From IMG/VR virus record IMGVR_UViG_3300022602_000033: a DNA stretch of 64,000 nt. One strand, 5' to 3'. Position numbers and translations under genes: made by a program. Every line of letters starts with the position of its first letter. Within the stretch, counting starts at the first letter, position 1. The notes under the pieces were generated by a model. It was not told the origin of the DNA, did not search any database, and worked only from the letters and a program-made list of their open reading frames with translations. This DNA is from a virus. Of the stretch, positions 38,501 to 49,600 are shown piece by piece.

Positions 38501-41500
38501 CCAGTTACCCAATTTGGTATTATCCAATCTATGCCATACTGACGCAAGATGCCGTCTGACCATACCACAGGAGTTTGGGGGCTCTGTGGTATGTTACTAA
38601 GCTGGAAGGTACGCCTAGAACCTGTACCATAGAATTTATCATAGACTGGCGCCACACCACCTTGTACTATCACATCAATATAGTTAGAGAATGTGGCCTG
38701 AGAAGCATCAAAACCTGTTGGCGAATCCCATGGGGTGAAATCCCAACCAGGACCAAACCGGAAACCAATAGCGTCCATGATGATGCCACGATAATCGCTG
38801 TTAGGTATTAGGTTAGGATCATCCTGGCGAATCATATCTGATGTGGGTGCGTAGAAATCTTTGATTCTGGTAAACGCTCCCCAGGTTGGTTGATAGTATG
38901 TGTTATTTTCAAACTGCCAACCGTTGACGCTCCATGATCTGCTGTTCCAGCCAACCGAGCTGCTAGCTACTCGGTCAAATAGCAAGCTTATCTTCAAAGT
39001 CCTAATAAGTTCAGGATTGGTTAGATAGTTTTGTTTCCATGCTAGATTGCTGGTGTTACCAGCGGCTTCATTATCAAAATCAGTGGTATACACAGTGGCA
39101 TTGTCTTGCCATGTGCGCTGAGTGACGAACGCTCGTACCTTGGCATGGTAAGGTTTGACTTCATTTAGATAAGCCAGCAAAGCATCACTATAGTCTGGTT
39201 GATATAGCTGACTGGTGCTAAGTGGCAGATTGAATCCTCTGAGATAGATGAAACTGGTCTTGAACAGCCAATCTACAAACCCTTGCTCTACTAGCACATA
39301 GTTGATCATAGTGAAAAACAACTGATTTAGATAAACACTTTCGCCGGGCACAGCAGGATTTGGATTGTTGAATATAGCATATACTAACCCGTCTATCATG
39401 CTGGCAAATTCAACATGTGGGAAGATATCAAATCCTGTGCTATCAAACGGTGTGTTACCAAACAACATGGTATTGATGCTGCCATCATATACGCCTGTGC
39501 TGATCTGTATGGTACCATTTTGGTAACCAACTGTGATCCAGGACCCAATGGTACTACCAGCCCATTGGTATAGAGCCCAATAACCATCGCCTCGATTGAG
39601 TACTTTGACTATCGTACCGTTCACTCCGGCATACTGATCTTTATCGTTCTCAGTTTGTACCACGTACTTTGGTATGGTAAGGCTGTTCACTGCACTGTTT
39701 GTCAAGTACCAATCTACATAATACCAATAATTTGGAGTGTTATATGCCTGTACACTTAGTTCTGTCCAGAGATAGTTGCCCCCGTTGAATTGATACTGAT
39801 ACAGCTTCCATAGATTATTGGTATCCGATCCACCTAGCACCACTACTGTGCTATTTTCTGGTATGACTCCTCCTAGCGCATTTCTGCTGCTGATTGTACC
39901 AACTGTATAATCCGCGCTCGGTGCTGCTTGTGCTACGCTGAAATACTTGATCCAACTGCTGCGATTGATATCTGGTACCAAAAGTATGGTTCCTAGCAGT
40001 TTGTTAGCTTCGGCTACATATGTCTCAGCAGCTATAGTGCGATACTTAAACCAGCTTTGACGGGGACGTATCAGCGTACCATAACGCATTATTTCACTGA
40101 GATAGGGATCGGGCACATTCTCGTCCTGCCCGTCCTTGCCAGTGAGACTGTTCTTGAGTTTGGTCCAGAAAAAATCACTTGGCAAGCTGGTCGGATCATT
40201 TGGTCGCAAAAGATCATATTGCTTGTAATCTATCTGATTGTTTTGCTGATGAGTGTACAGCAAGCTAAGGACCGTGTCTGTGCCACTGAGATATTGCCCA
40301 ACTCCACTAACCAATATGGTACGACTGTCTATGGCAGCATACCAACGCACCCCGTAGCTTGTTGGATAGTGAATGATGTTACTGATCTGCAATGTCGTTA
40401 TGGTACGACCAGGAGGTAGCGGCAATGTTGTGGCGTTGGCAACCCAGAAATAATATCTGGTCACAGCTATGTTAGCAGCATTGTATTTTGTTTCTGTGGT
40501 ATAAGCAGGATCACTGGCATTGAGCACGAATCCAGTAGGAGTGTAGTTGTAACCATATTGAGCAAAACTTGTGCCGTTGGCCACATAAGTGGCCCACATG
40601 TCCGGTGATACTGGACTTTCAACCCACTCATAGACATCAACAGAAGTACCGGGAGCTATCTGACCCCAGTGCTGCCAACGATAGCTATTGTCGCTTATTT
40701 CATAATCATAATATCGCACACTGGCTAGATTCCACCAGGTCTCTCCTATGTGTTCTGGACCCCAAGAACGTGTGATATTAAGCGGATATATTGCTACATT
40801 GCCAGTGTTATAGCTGGCAGGATCATAGATACTGATGCGATCAAGATTCTTACGAGCTTCGCTTGGGATGAAACCCTTGGCAGGATCATAATACTCAAGA
40901 TAGGCATAGACTGTACCATTGCTTTCACTATACAGCTTGCCCTGCAGCATGAGGCTGGCATCTACGTCATAGGTCTGAGTGCGTGTTGGCATCCATTGAT
41001 TGTCAATTCTCTTGTATACGGTCCAGCCGTTAATGCCGTAATTGCTCTTATCAACATACGCTATGTCACCTGTCTGCCAACCATTCAGCGGAGGGTAACG
41101 ATCACGATCAGTGACGTTATCAAATCGCGTGCTCTTGTAGGCTGTAACATTACCACCGGCACCAATAGTGAAGGTGTTTACTCCAACCGTGAAGCTGTTG
41201 CCGTTACCAGTGATGTTACCAACAGTGAATGTACCCTGTAAAGCACTGACATTGCTGATACCATCTAGCACAACTATGTCACCTGGGCTCAGGCCAACAT
41301 TGCCACTGCAGTTAATAACAGTTGGTTGACCAGTTGAGATGCTGGGCGTTGTGTTAACGATGTTAACATTAGCAGTGCTAAACTTCCACACATCCCAGGT
41401 CTGAGTTGGTGTTATAAACTGCCATACGGTATCACCGTTTACTATAGGATTGCCTGCTGTGTTTTGGCTTTCCCAGAGAGTGCTTAGAACTGCAGCGTTG

Positions 41501-44500
41501 GTTATGGTAAAGTTAGTTTCTCCCACTAAAACGTAGCCAGCTGTGGGCAAATCGGTCTGGAAGTTTGGCGCTGTGGTATCTAAAAGAGGGAATAGAGGAT
41601 CATTCTCGCTGCTGTAGCTGATAGGAGGTACCAGTATCAGCGGATCATTTGGTATCAGTGTGATCACACTAGTAAGCTCTCGGTCAGTGCTCTGCACACC
41701 AAATACCTGTATCTGCTGAGGATCGTTTAGGTATTGATTCTGAGGAATGATAAAATCAATGCTGGTGTTTATTGCAGTGCTACCAAACCTTGATGCACGC
41801 ACAGCATATTCTTCATAGTATTCATAGGCACTAGGCGGCGGCACGATAGCAGCATTGCGTAATAGAGCATTAAATGAACTGACTGTGCCTTTCTGCTTGA
41901 TGAATCCCTGATAGAACTGGAATTCTGTGCCTTCTTCCAGCAGCAAGTTTGCTAGATACGGCCTGTGTTGGTATCCGATCTGATGCTTGGCCATGTCGCT
42001 GATAACCTGGACATCAACCGCAGCAAGCGTGGTCTCAGCTAGCACTAGATTGCCAGTGACAGGATCCACTGTGGTATAATTCTTGGGCTGGTCTATGTTG
42101 TAGTATTTGGTAAAGTCGTTGGCCGTCTTTTCAAAATTGGTAACCAACGTCCATTGGTTATCTGTGCCGTTTTGATAGAGGAAATATCCAGGTGCATCCA
42201 CACGACCATCCCAGTCATTGGTCCTGTAAGCAAACAGCTTGAGACGCGGTTGATAAAGATTGTACAGAGGATCGTAAACTGTGTCAAAGAAACTGGTGAC
42301 ATTGTCTATGACTAACACGCTCTCAATGGTGTTGGCAAAAAGTCTTATACCATAGATAACTTGAGTGCCAGTTGGCGTAACTGTGATCACATCATCATAG
42401 CGCAGCACTGTGAGGTTTGGTCCATCTATGCGATTGCCTGTCTTGTCTATCACTGGATAGGTTCCACCTACCACAGCGTTAACAAACTGAACGCTGCCAA
42501 ATGTCTGATGGAATTTGATGTTCAAAGCCAGAGGGCTAAGCGCAATAAAATTGCCATCGGCCCAATTACCTTGGCTCCAGAACAGGAATTCGCGACCACT
42601 CTGCATCCAATCCAGTGTGCTGTTATTGTCTGAGTTGTATTGATCAAACATAAATCCTTGATATTCTTGATAACGTTGCAGACTCACTAGGAAATCAAAG
42701 ACTTCTTGTTTAGAAGTGTAGACCGTACCATATGGCACTTCTTGGGCGGCATCAACGGGTATCTTGTACCAATATACTCTGTCATTACCAACTACCACTG
42801 TGGTCTTGGCGCCGCTGAGATTGCTTGGTATGGTCAGGAAGAATTGATTGATACCATCGTATCCAACCACTCTCCAACCATTGTATACCTGAGTTATGAT
42901 AACACCGCTGTAGAATGCTTCCTTGATGCTGGCACTCTTGTAGAGATATGTCTTGACATTCTCGCTTGGTATGATCTGGCTGGTATAACCAATTTGACCA
43001 AAGCTGTCAGCTGTGAGATAAAGGTTGCTGGCCACAAATCCGCCTGCTTGGTGAGCCAACTGTGCGTTTGTCCCACGCACAATGCCGCCAAAATATTGTG
43101 TGACATTGAGATTTTGACTGACCACATATTCAGTGATCCAATGCTGAATGCCACCGCTGCCATAATATGTCAGCGTGCTCTCGTTTGGTACGTTGATATT
43201 ACCACCTATTGCGCTGGGATTTTCCCTGTGAACATACAGTTCACTGTTTGGACGCCTGTTATAGGTATCTATGTATATGCTTTGCGATGTTGGTTGTTCA
43301 GGAAACACAGTAAGCTGACGCAGAGTGTCCCAGTTGTATTCTATGAACTGAGCCGGTTTCATGAGATAGCTGTATTGTGCAGTTACAAAGCTGTAATCAT
43401 TGCTGTAGATCCACACAGATTCAATTGGGCTACCATCGCCAAATACCCAGGCTGCTGACGCCTGTGCTTGGCTTGGTTGTCCGACAACGGTGCCAGCTAG
43501 TATCGGAGGTAATAAGTTGCCTTGATCATCAACCGGTATACAGCCGAGGAGTCCTGGACGTACTCCTGGTGTGTACACACCGCGGCGAGGGCCTTGTCTT
43601 ATCAACCCAGCAGCGAGATCTCGCCACATATAGGTATTACCACGAGTGTATGGTGCCGGACCGTATTCTTCAGTCCACCAAGGCGGCTGCTGGCTGAATC
43701 CCAGCATTTCCCATGGAGCGATATGCGGGCGATCAGTGTCGTAGAACCAACGATATATACCCTGCCAATAGCCCGGAACTGCTTGGCCGTTCTTGTCTTT
43801 GATATCAGAATAGTTCCATGTGAAAGGATCTGTTGCTTTATAGGTAGTATTAGCACGGTAATCAACTTGGTTACCGATCACCCATCTATCAAACATCGGA
43901 TAGGTAACCTGCAGATACTCGCTTAGAGTGTAGTCACTCGATCTCCATTTGCCCGGAGTATAGGCAGTGATATCAAGAGCCAGTATAGCCTGTGGATTTG
44001 AATACGCATCTGGCATGTTATTGAATAGATCTAGCTCCCACTGCAGCCATGCAGCAGCCACCGGATTTGATAACAGCACAGGGTCGCTGGTGCTGGACAG
44101 TCCGTAGTTTATGGTACCTAGCGGCACGCCATCCTTGGCCATTACGAATCTCGCGCCATCATGGCACTGTATCACCAAGTTGTATCCAACTTCTAGGGGT
44201 TCGTAGTACACAACTGGCATGTATGCTTTGGTCACCCCTAATCTAGTACCAGTTGGTGGTACATATGTGGGAACCGTGCTGCGCAGATAGGTATAACCTG
44301 CCTGTGGTCCGTCTATACCACTGTTGGCCCATGGACTGTTTGGACTCTTGCCTAGATTGATCTGTGTCAATGCTGTGGTAACCCATGTCTGCGGCGATTC
44401 AACTGCAGTGTAACCATTGGCGCTCAGAGTGAACAGTGCTTGAATAAATCTATTATAGAAACGTGTGTATTGGTTTTGCGCATACTGTATGGCCTGCATG

Positions 44501-46626
44501 GGCTCAGTATTGTTCATGACCGTGTTGATACCAACAGTGATGTTACCACTGCTCAGTATCATTGGTTTGGTCAGCGGTGCCTTGTGCTGCAGGATATACA
44601 GTCCAAGACCCAAGATGCGGGGAGTGTCACGATAGTTGTTGCTACCCAGAGGGGACCCAACTAATCCGGGTTGATTCAAAATGATGCTTTCAAACTGCTG
44701 CGCAAATTGGCTCTGGCTTATGGTATTGACTTGTTGATTATCACTATTGGCTGTTAGATTAGGAGGCAGCTCATAATACCCCGTTAGATGTATCGGCGCA
44801 CCGCGACTCCAGCTGCGAATTAACACTCGCTGTCCTGGAGCAGCTGGCACCGTGAGCGTGACTATGTTAGACGATACTGAATAATCAATGCCATTAGTGA
44901 GCAGTGTTCCACTTTGATCCTGTATGAGAGTCACATAGATGCTAGATAGCAGGCCAGGATTTGGTTCTGGTACTTGGTCTATAGTGAAACTATAGGTAGG
45001 TAGATACACTGTAAAATCATTGACGATATACTGCCTGCTAGGTTGCGGCGACTTATACCATTCATTGTTGTACTGAGGCACAGTCGTTGAATTATCTTTG
45101 TAATAAGCAAAGCCCTCTATTGTCTGTGTAGTCACAGCATTGTACTGATAGGCATAGGTTTCTGTGACTATATTATTGTTAAAAACAAAGTCGCCAAATT
45201 GATCCAGACGCGGACTGAAACCAAGTTCTAAATCCAGTTGAGCATATGAATCTGTAGCATAGGTAAAGATAGCATTGCCAGCAAAAGTGCTACTTGGATA
45301 GATGCTTGGATCAGCTAGATAATTGCCATCATAATCAAATAGATCAAACAGCGGCGCAGAGTACAACACTTTCTGTTGTGCTCTCAACCAAGCAGTACCG
45401 TTATACCAGTACTGCACATTTCCAGTATAGCTGATATTGTCAACAGTAAGCGTGCCAAACAACACCAATATCGTATCGCCTAGAACTGGCTGTCCGCCAA
45501 CTTCTGTGAGAGTTATCACGCCTAGTGTTGCTAAACCGCCTACCTCATATACCTTGTTATTGACCAAAGGATCTGAATCGCCCGTAACTAGGATGGTCTG
45601 TCCATCCTGCAGCAATACACCTTCGCTTATATAGTAGCTGCTCTGCCCAACTATAGTTCCTAACACATCGGGGATGTTGCTCAGCACATATGTGGCATTT
45701 GGTCGGCCGCGCCAGCCGCTGTTGTAAAGCTGTAGCCCTGCTTGGAATTCTATGATTGCACGCTCTGCTCTGCTTTGATAGATAACCGTGCTAGTAGTGC
45801 CGCTGAGTGTCAACACATCTATGTGGAACCAACGGTTGTTGGCACTCCATTGGTTGCTGGGATTTGGCTGTCTAGCAACTGTTAGATAATCTTTGAGATA
45901 AATCTCAGCATTGCCGCCCCAGGCTTCTGTGTCCCAACCGCGGTTGTCCCAGTTTGGGTCGTTATAGCCGCTCAGCGTTAAAAGCTGTATTTCTCGACCA
46001 ACATTGTTGACGATATACGGTATGTTGTTGATAGCACTAGTAGCATCATCAGTTGGCGTAACTATCAATCCAGTGCTGAACACCAGCTTACCGGTCACGA
46101 TCTGGCCGTTACTGGTTAGCTGGTACGCACCATCATAGACATACTGAGATTTTCCCGCAGCATCGGCCAATAGATCGGTCTTGGATAGCAACAGTATGGG
46201 ATTTGGTCCACTAGGGACCCAGTAATACTTGGTATAGTTTACCAGCTTGTCGAGGTCAATAGGCGGAGACCAGCTGTAATATTCCTGCTCAAACAACCTG
46301 CTTTGATTGGTGACAACAGCTCCCTGGAACTGCAGGTTGTTCACGTAATCATGATAGAACATGATGTTAGTTGCTGCGCCGCTGTAGGTATTCTTGCTTA
46401 CCGCCGTCACAGGCAGCTGATAATCTGCCCTGCTCTTGGTTGGCTCACCCACATAGAAATCTGTTTTAGGGTTGTAATAGACAGGTTTGGTACCTATGTA
46501 TCCGCTGAGAAATTCCACGCTCTCCGGTTGGAACATGTGGTCCACTGTCGCAGCAAAGAATTTGGTCAGAGTATCGGTCTGATTAACACCGGGAAGTAGG
46601 GTTATTACCCTGCGCTTATCAACCAT
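35548..46626 (-). CDS. Giant (3692-aa) baseplate/virion structural protein
   Basis: Follows the gp6-like gene in the position of a gp7-like wedge gene; contains repeated GDG..(T/N).F beta modules and a YLNEVKPYHAKVR motif. Confidence 0.75.
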   Translation of the reverse strand: MVDKRRVITLLPGVNQTDTLTKFFAATVDHMFQPESVEFLSGYIGTKPVYYNPKTDFYVGEPTKSRADYQLPVTAVSKNTYSGAATNIMFYHDYVNNLQFQGAVVTNQSRLFEQEYYSWSPPIDLDKLVNYTKYYWVPSGPNPILLLSKTDLLADAAGKSQYVYDGAYQLTSNGQIVTGKLVFSTGLIVTPTDDATSAINNIPYIVNNVGREIQLLTLSGYNDPNWDNRGWDTEAWGGNAEIYLKDYLTVARQPNPSNQWSANNRWFHIDVLTLSGTTSTVIYQSRAERAIIEFQAGLQLYNSGWRGRPNATYVLSNIPDVLGTIVGQSSYYISEGVLLQDGQTILVTGDSDPLVNNKVYEVGGLATLGVITLTEVGGQPVLGDTILVLFGTLTVDNISYTGNVQYWYNGTAWLRAQQKVLYSAPLFDLFDYDGNYLADPSIYPSSTFAGNAIFTYATDSYAQLDLELGFSPRLDQFGDFVFNNNIVTETYAYQYNAVTTQTIEGFAYYKDNSTTVPQYNNEWYKSPQPSRQYIVNDFTVYLPTYSFTIDQVPEPNPGLLSSIYVTLIQDQSGTLLTNGIDYSVSSNIVTLTVPAAPGQRVLIRSWSRGAPIHLTGYYELPPNLTANSDNQQVNTISQSQFAQQFESIILNQPGLVGSPLGSNNYRDTPRILGLGLYILQHKAPLTKPMILSSGNITVGINTVMNNTEPMQAIQYAQNQYTRFYNRFIQALFTLSANGYTAVESPQTWVTTALTQINLGKSPNSPWANSGIDGPQAGYTYLRSTVPTYVPPTGTRLGVTKAYMPVVYYEPLEVGYNLVIQCHDGARFVMAKDGVPLGTINYGLSSTSDPVLLSNPVAAAWLQWELDLFNNMPDAYSNPQAILALDITAYTPGKWRSSDYTLSEYLQVTYPMFDRWVIGNQVDYRANTTYKATDPFTWNYSDIKDKNGQAVPGYWQGIYRWFYDTDRPHIAPWEMLGFSQQPPWWTEEYGPAPYTRGNTYMWRDLAAGLIRQGPRRGVYTPGVRPGLLGCIPVDDQGNLLPPILAGTVVGQPSQAQASAAWVFGDGSPIESVWIYSNDYSFVTAQYSYLMKPAQFIEYNWDTLRQLTVFPEQPTSQSIYIDTYNRRPNSELYVHRENPSAIGGNINVPNESTLTYYGSGGIQHWITEYVVSQNLNVTQYFGGIVRGTNAQLAHQAGGFVASNLYLTADSFGQIGYTSQIIPSENVKTYLYKSASIKEAFYSGVIITQVYNGWRVVGYDGINQFFLTIPSNLSGAKTTVVVGNDRVYWYKIPVDAAQEVPYGTVYTSKQEVFDFLVSLQRYQEYQGFMFDQYNSDNNSTLDWMQSGREFLFWSQGNWADGNFIALSPLALNIKFHQTFGSVQFVNAVVGGTYPVIDKTGNRIDGPNLTVLRYDDVITVTPTGTQVIYGIRLFANTIESVLVIDNVTSFFDTVYDPLYNLYQPRLKLFAYRTNDWDGRVDAPGYFLYQNGTDNQWTLVTNFEKTANDFTKYYNIDQPKNYTTVDPVTGNLVLAETTLAAVDVQVISDMAKHQIGYQHRPYLANLLLEEGTEFQFYQGFIKQKGTVSSFNALLRNAAIVPPPSAYEYYEEYAVRASRFGSTAINTSIDFIIPQNQYLNDPQQIQVFGVQSTDRELTSVITLIPNDPLILVPPISYSSENDPLFPLLDTTAPNFQTDLPTAGYVLVGETNFTITNAAVLSTLWESQNTAGNPIVNGDTVWQFITPTQTWDVWKFSTANVNIVNTTPSISTGQPTVINCSGNVGLSPGDIVVLDGISNVSALQGTFTVGNITGNGNSFTVGVNTFTIGAGGNVTAYKSTRFDNVTDRDRYPPLNGWQTGDIAYVDKSNYGINGWTVYKRIDNQWMPTRTQTYDVDASLMLQGKLYSESNGTVYAYLEYYDPAKGFIPSEARKNLDRISIYDPASYNTGNVAIYPLNITRSWGPEHIGETWWNLASVRYYDYEISDNSYRWQHWGQIAPGTSVDVYEWVESPVSPDMWATYVANGTSFAQYGYNYTPTGFVLNASDPAYTTETKYNAANIAVTRYYFWVANATTLPLPPGRTITTLQISNIIHYPTSYGVRWYAAIDSRTILVSGVGQYLSGTDTVLSLLYTHQQNNQIDYKQYDLLRPNDPTSLPSDFFWTKLKNSLTGKDGQDENVPDPYLSEIMRYGTLIRPRQSWFKYRTIAAETYVAEANKLLGTILLVPDINRSSWIKYFSVAQAAPSADYTVGTISSRNALGGVIPENSTVVVLGGSDTNNLWKLYQYQFNGGNYLWTELSVQAYNTPNYWYYVDWYLTNSAVNSLTIPKYVVQTENDKDQYAGVNGTIVKVLNRGDGYWALYQWAGSTIGSWITVGYQNGTIQISTGVYDGSINTMLFGNTPFDSTGFDIFPHVEFASMIDGLVYAIFNNPNPAVPGESVYLNQLFFTMINYVLVEQGFVDWLFKTSFIYLRGFNLPLSTSQLYQPDYSDALLAYLNEVKPYHAKVRAFVTQRTWQDNATVYTTDFDNEAAGNTSNLAWKQNYLTNPELIRTLKISLLFDRVASSSVGWNSRSWSVNGWQFENNTYYQPTWGAFTRIKDFYAPTSDMIRQDDPNLIPNSDYRGIIMDAIGFRFGPGWDFTPWDSPTGFDASQATFSNYIDVIVQGGVAPVYDKFYGTGSRRTFQLSNIPQSPQTPVVWSDGILRQYGIDWIIPNWVTGVLLAAGGSGYAIGDSLNLDIAPSVSPTVITVTDVDNNGSILSVILESTGSYDLFPSGPVGVVYPPYSTGVGFGALFQPTWGGSTLVFYDAPNSNAAPNIFVLYVGTTFVPAPTGAIDIINDGNRFVQPYVDNDHPEELYKFNLPSSVRIDTYQQAVGGAPLIYMRIYQPDGHRDHFPLGIQPMDQFSVIAQLDGKILNYGIANDYVINWATNTLVFLDAPTGATLQILTISTGGTGTGMKTIVPVTIGSGYQPGDAITLAGGQTVDYDPARVQVVTVQAVNVAIVAGGIGYNVGDTLILANDYQSSNTSAVELTVTNVSVLSGSITAVNLVQPGQYTFTPGTFGYQTSGNGSGANIAVDWGIDTITVTSPGIYSVHPAQPMAQASTSGNGIGATFNSIYDSQISQDSFTGDGSNTDFVISAAVPNNDANLLFVTQNGTVLNSSNSDIMVDGRLITITPAPPANSTVSIALFENTDFSIVQDQEILLQTGVFVYQLTSLPFSTLPPYLSTTVSLGGSYLRGPNMDVYLGDGVTNSFLAGYIPANYGYLLVYAGNYLQTYLTDYTISGDNVLFFTPPSAQAVVSLVLVDPNYGYGYQIINNNIEFPIDPPIGFGLGAWNNYYGWSPLDPNPSTGQVVKFISYSQDVSYKFRTQSWSGSSDTSYVLIDYPYNGSTLMVWINGQMQTLLYDYQLEYFGGWNTDTWDVYGWDTQAVTVPAIVFAHNIVIHPGDTVTAQYMSGLPARPTIAWRTIMSDSYQTSTVISNANKTFTLSEVTVYSNSIEVADISVLSKPTATQPGVIWIGDERIDYWMVNAVPTNTFPNRGLLEQLNRGSFNTPIGNVSVLYDTVFYDGDGVTTLFPTATGGRPAGGNVVVNVGTVVEVDTAIDAGVGSYAIVDNPVGYPAGTYVSFTAPPAVGWRNVRLASPRLEVQVSSPVSHPVGSTVISAGNEQTIQGGYNWISAPKGLQYSNTSLAKFLLDHPGTRT

Positions 46627-49600
46627 TGTTTATCCCCAACTGTGCCTCTGTGAGGCTTCCCACTATCACTATGTTCTGCACCGTGGCGCAACTGATGAAG
46701 ATCTCATCAGGGTTAGCTATGATCTCAAAGAGATCACCAAATTTGGCACTGCCACTGGTGGGAACCATCACTATGGTAGCAACTATGGTTGCAAGATTCA
46801 TCTGTATGAATGTACTCATCTCTGTGAAATAAAAGTTCTGACCAAAGTCCCAGTTTGCCAAGCTGAAATATGTGTCAATCTGCTGTTTGACCAAGCTCTT
46901 AACTTCATTGTCGCTGTTGCTGGTTCCTGGTACCTTGACCACTTTGAATATTACCTGATATTCTGGTTGAGCTTGTGTTCCAAACAGCAATCGATAGGTC
47001 ACTGGATGCCAAACGATCTGATCAGTCATCATCTTGTATTGTTCAAAGTATGCAAATGTGGAATTTAGATCACTGATTGTTGGAGGCTGTGGTTCTGTAT
47101 CTGCGCTGCCTCCAATGGCTATCCAATTACGTAAATCAGCATTGTATGTTGCTGTCAAGATATAGGTATCTATGATGTTCATGATAGCAGGATTGATGCG
47201 TTGATCATAGGCAGCATAGTGTTGCCACAGATAGCTTATATTGTTGCGTCCCATTCTAACCTTGTAATCTGCGGTAACGTCTGTGAGCGTTCCGTTCTCG
47301 TAAAGCAAGAATGCACCAGTGGATATAACATAAGCCACTTCTCCATTCTGCCAGTTACCATATGGAGGTGTTGGGACAGCGCTGGGAGTGCTATAGATTC
47401 TATAATCTGGTATGTCGATGGGTTGGTAATATTGGTAACCCTCGGCACTGGTGTACCTAACCCAGAACACATACTTGGCAGGTGGCGTTACGTCTGGATT
47501 GACTATGGTCACGAACTCATCTGGATTGTTTGGTAAAGGTGCGTCCTGTGAGCTCCAGAATGTCACACGCACACTTGCAGGATCTGCGTAGCCATCTGGA
47601 TATATCTCTTGTCCATATACCTGCCATAGATAGTCTTGGCCCAATGCCGGAGCCGGTGCTGGCGGTAGAGGTGCTGGATTTACCCCTAACACACTCACAG
47701 AATCGTACAGCACTTTGCCTGTGCTGCTATCGATTGTCTTTTCACTATTGCTGAAAAAGAAACGTACCTGATCAACGCTTTCAAACACATAACGTTGTGC
47801 ACGACTTTGGATTATCCAACTGTTGGTGTTGTATATCACTTTGATTAGCCAGCTTGCATCAGCATTGGTTCCTGTGGTATCCTGTGCGTTCTGCAGGCTA
47901 AAGCCAGGACCTGTGCTAAGGTTGGGATTGGTTATAACATACCAAATCTGATATAGTTCAGAATATCCTATACCAAATGTCTGCTTATAATCCATAGCTG
48001 CTGCGATAGCAGTCTGTTCACTGGATGTCAATGTCGTTTCCCAAGGTCCGCAGATGCTGTCTAATCTGCTAAGATCTGGTACAACTGAGCTCAGCGTAAC
48101 AGCTCCGAGACCACTAGCGATGATTCCAGTGTTGTTAATACCAGTACCATCTCCCACCACGCTAACCACACTGGTCCAAGATGTAACATTACTGACACTG
48201 GTAAATTTAATCAAACTGCCAGCTGCAATGTAAGCTTCGCCGCTACCAGCTGTGGCATCTTGACCTAGCCTCTGAGCAAAACCACCTACATCTATGCTTC
48301 CTGTGCTACTACCAATATTAGCAGTTACCAGATTCCAATAAGATCCAGAAGCTGTATAACGAGGATAATTCTTGTAGAAGAAGTTTTGTAGTTCAAGAGC
48401 TGCGCTAGCAAAGGTGCTGTTGCTACCACCGTTTATCATTGGTTGTATGTTATCGATGACATACACAAGATTTGGTGTACCTACACTGATAACAACTTCT
48501 TGTGCGTTGAGTTCATATTCTTCATAGAGTATTCCGTCTGTGGCAAACACGTTTATGTTTTGATAGGTACCGGTGGGATCGTTGATATCTAAATAACGGC
48601 TTTGGCCGCTATAGGTACGATTGATAGCCTTAACCTTGAGTGCCTGGCTGCTCTGCAGCGGAAACAGGTTGTAGTCTTCACCGTTGACCATGCGGTCTTG
48701 TGTGTAATATACCTGCTCTGCTGCCAACTGTATCTGCTGATTGCTCTGAGTCGTCTGACTGTTCGCAACTGTATACTGTAGATTGGTGTTGAATGCCACG
48801 CTGTAGGTATTGAACAGATTGTCATTGTAGCTGAAGTTGAACTTGAGATTGGTGAGATCAGTTGGACGTATCTGATACTGCAGGCCGTTGCTTACCCTGT
48901 ACCATACACGCAGCAATCCCACAGGCACTGTACCAAAGTTACCGTCAGCAAAACGCAAGCTGATTTGGTCAGCCCCGTTGAAATCGCGAGTGATCACACT
49001 GTAGATATTGCGTACATTGTTATTAATGCTGTTGTATATAACATTGAAGCCGTTGACATTTGGAACCAGAGTCCAATTGGCAGTGACCAGTCCAGCTGTG
49101 TTGATGTTCTGTACCCATACATCAGTTTGGTTAATACCGCTTACTGTGACATCTATCACTCGATTGGCTATTGGAAGATCAAGCTGATAATCAGCAAAGC
49201 CCATGGTACCTTGCTTGAAGAACAAGAAGAATCCAGTATTGGCGCTGTCGTACCCATTGCCATCGTTCTGATATATGATGTACCAGCTGTTGATAGGGTT
49301 TGGAGATCTTTCAAAGAAATACCCCGTGGTGCCCAGCACTGTGGCGTTTCCGCCCGTGGCACCATTAAAGTCTGGATTGGCCAGCTCAAAATTCATGTTA
49401 TTACCGCCAACCACAGCAGTGAACGGAACCACGCTTGTAGGTATGGCAGTGTTGTTTAGCGCATATAACTCAGTGGGTATGTTGTTTACCACTCCGCTCT
49501 TAGAAGGATTCCCAAAATAGTTGGTGCTGTTCAGTGATGCGTTTAGCACCAATGTAAACTGCTCTTGCCAGTCTGCGTTGTTCTGGTCATTCCAGTTGAT

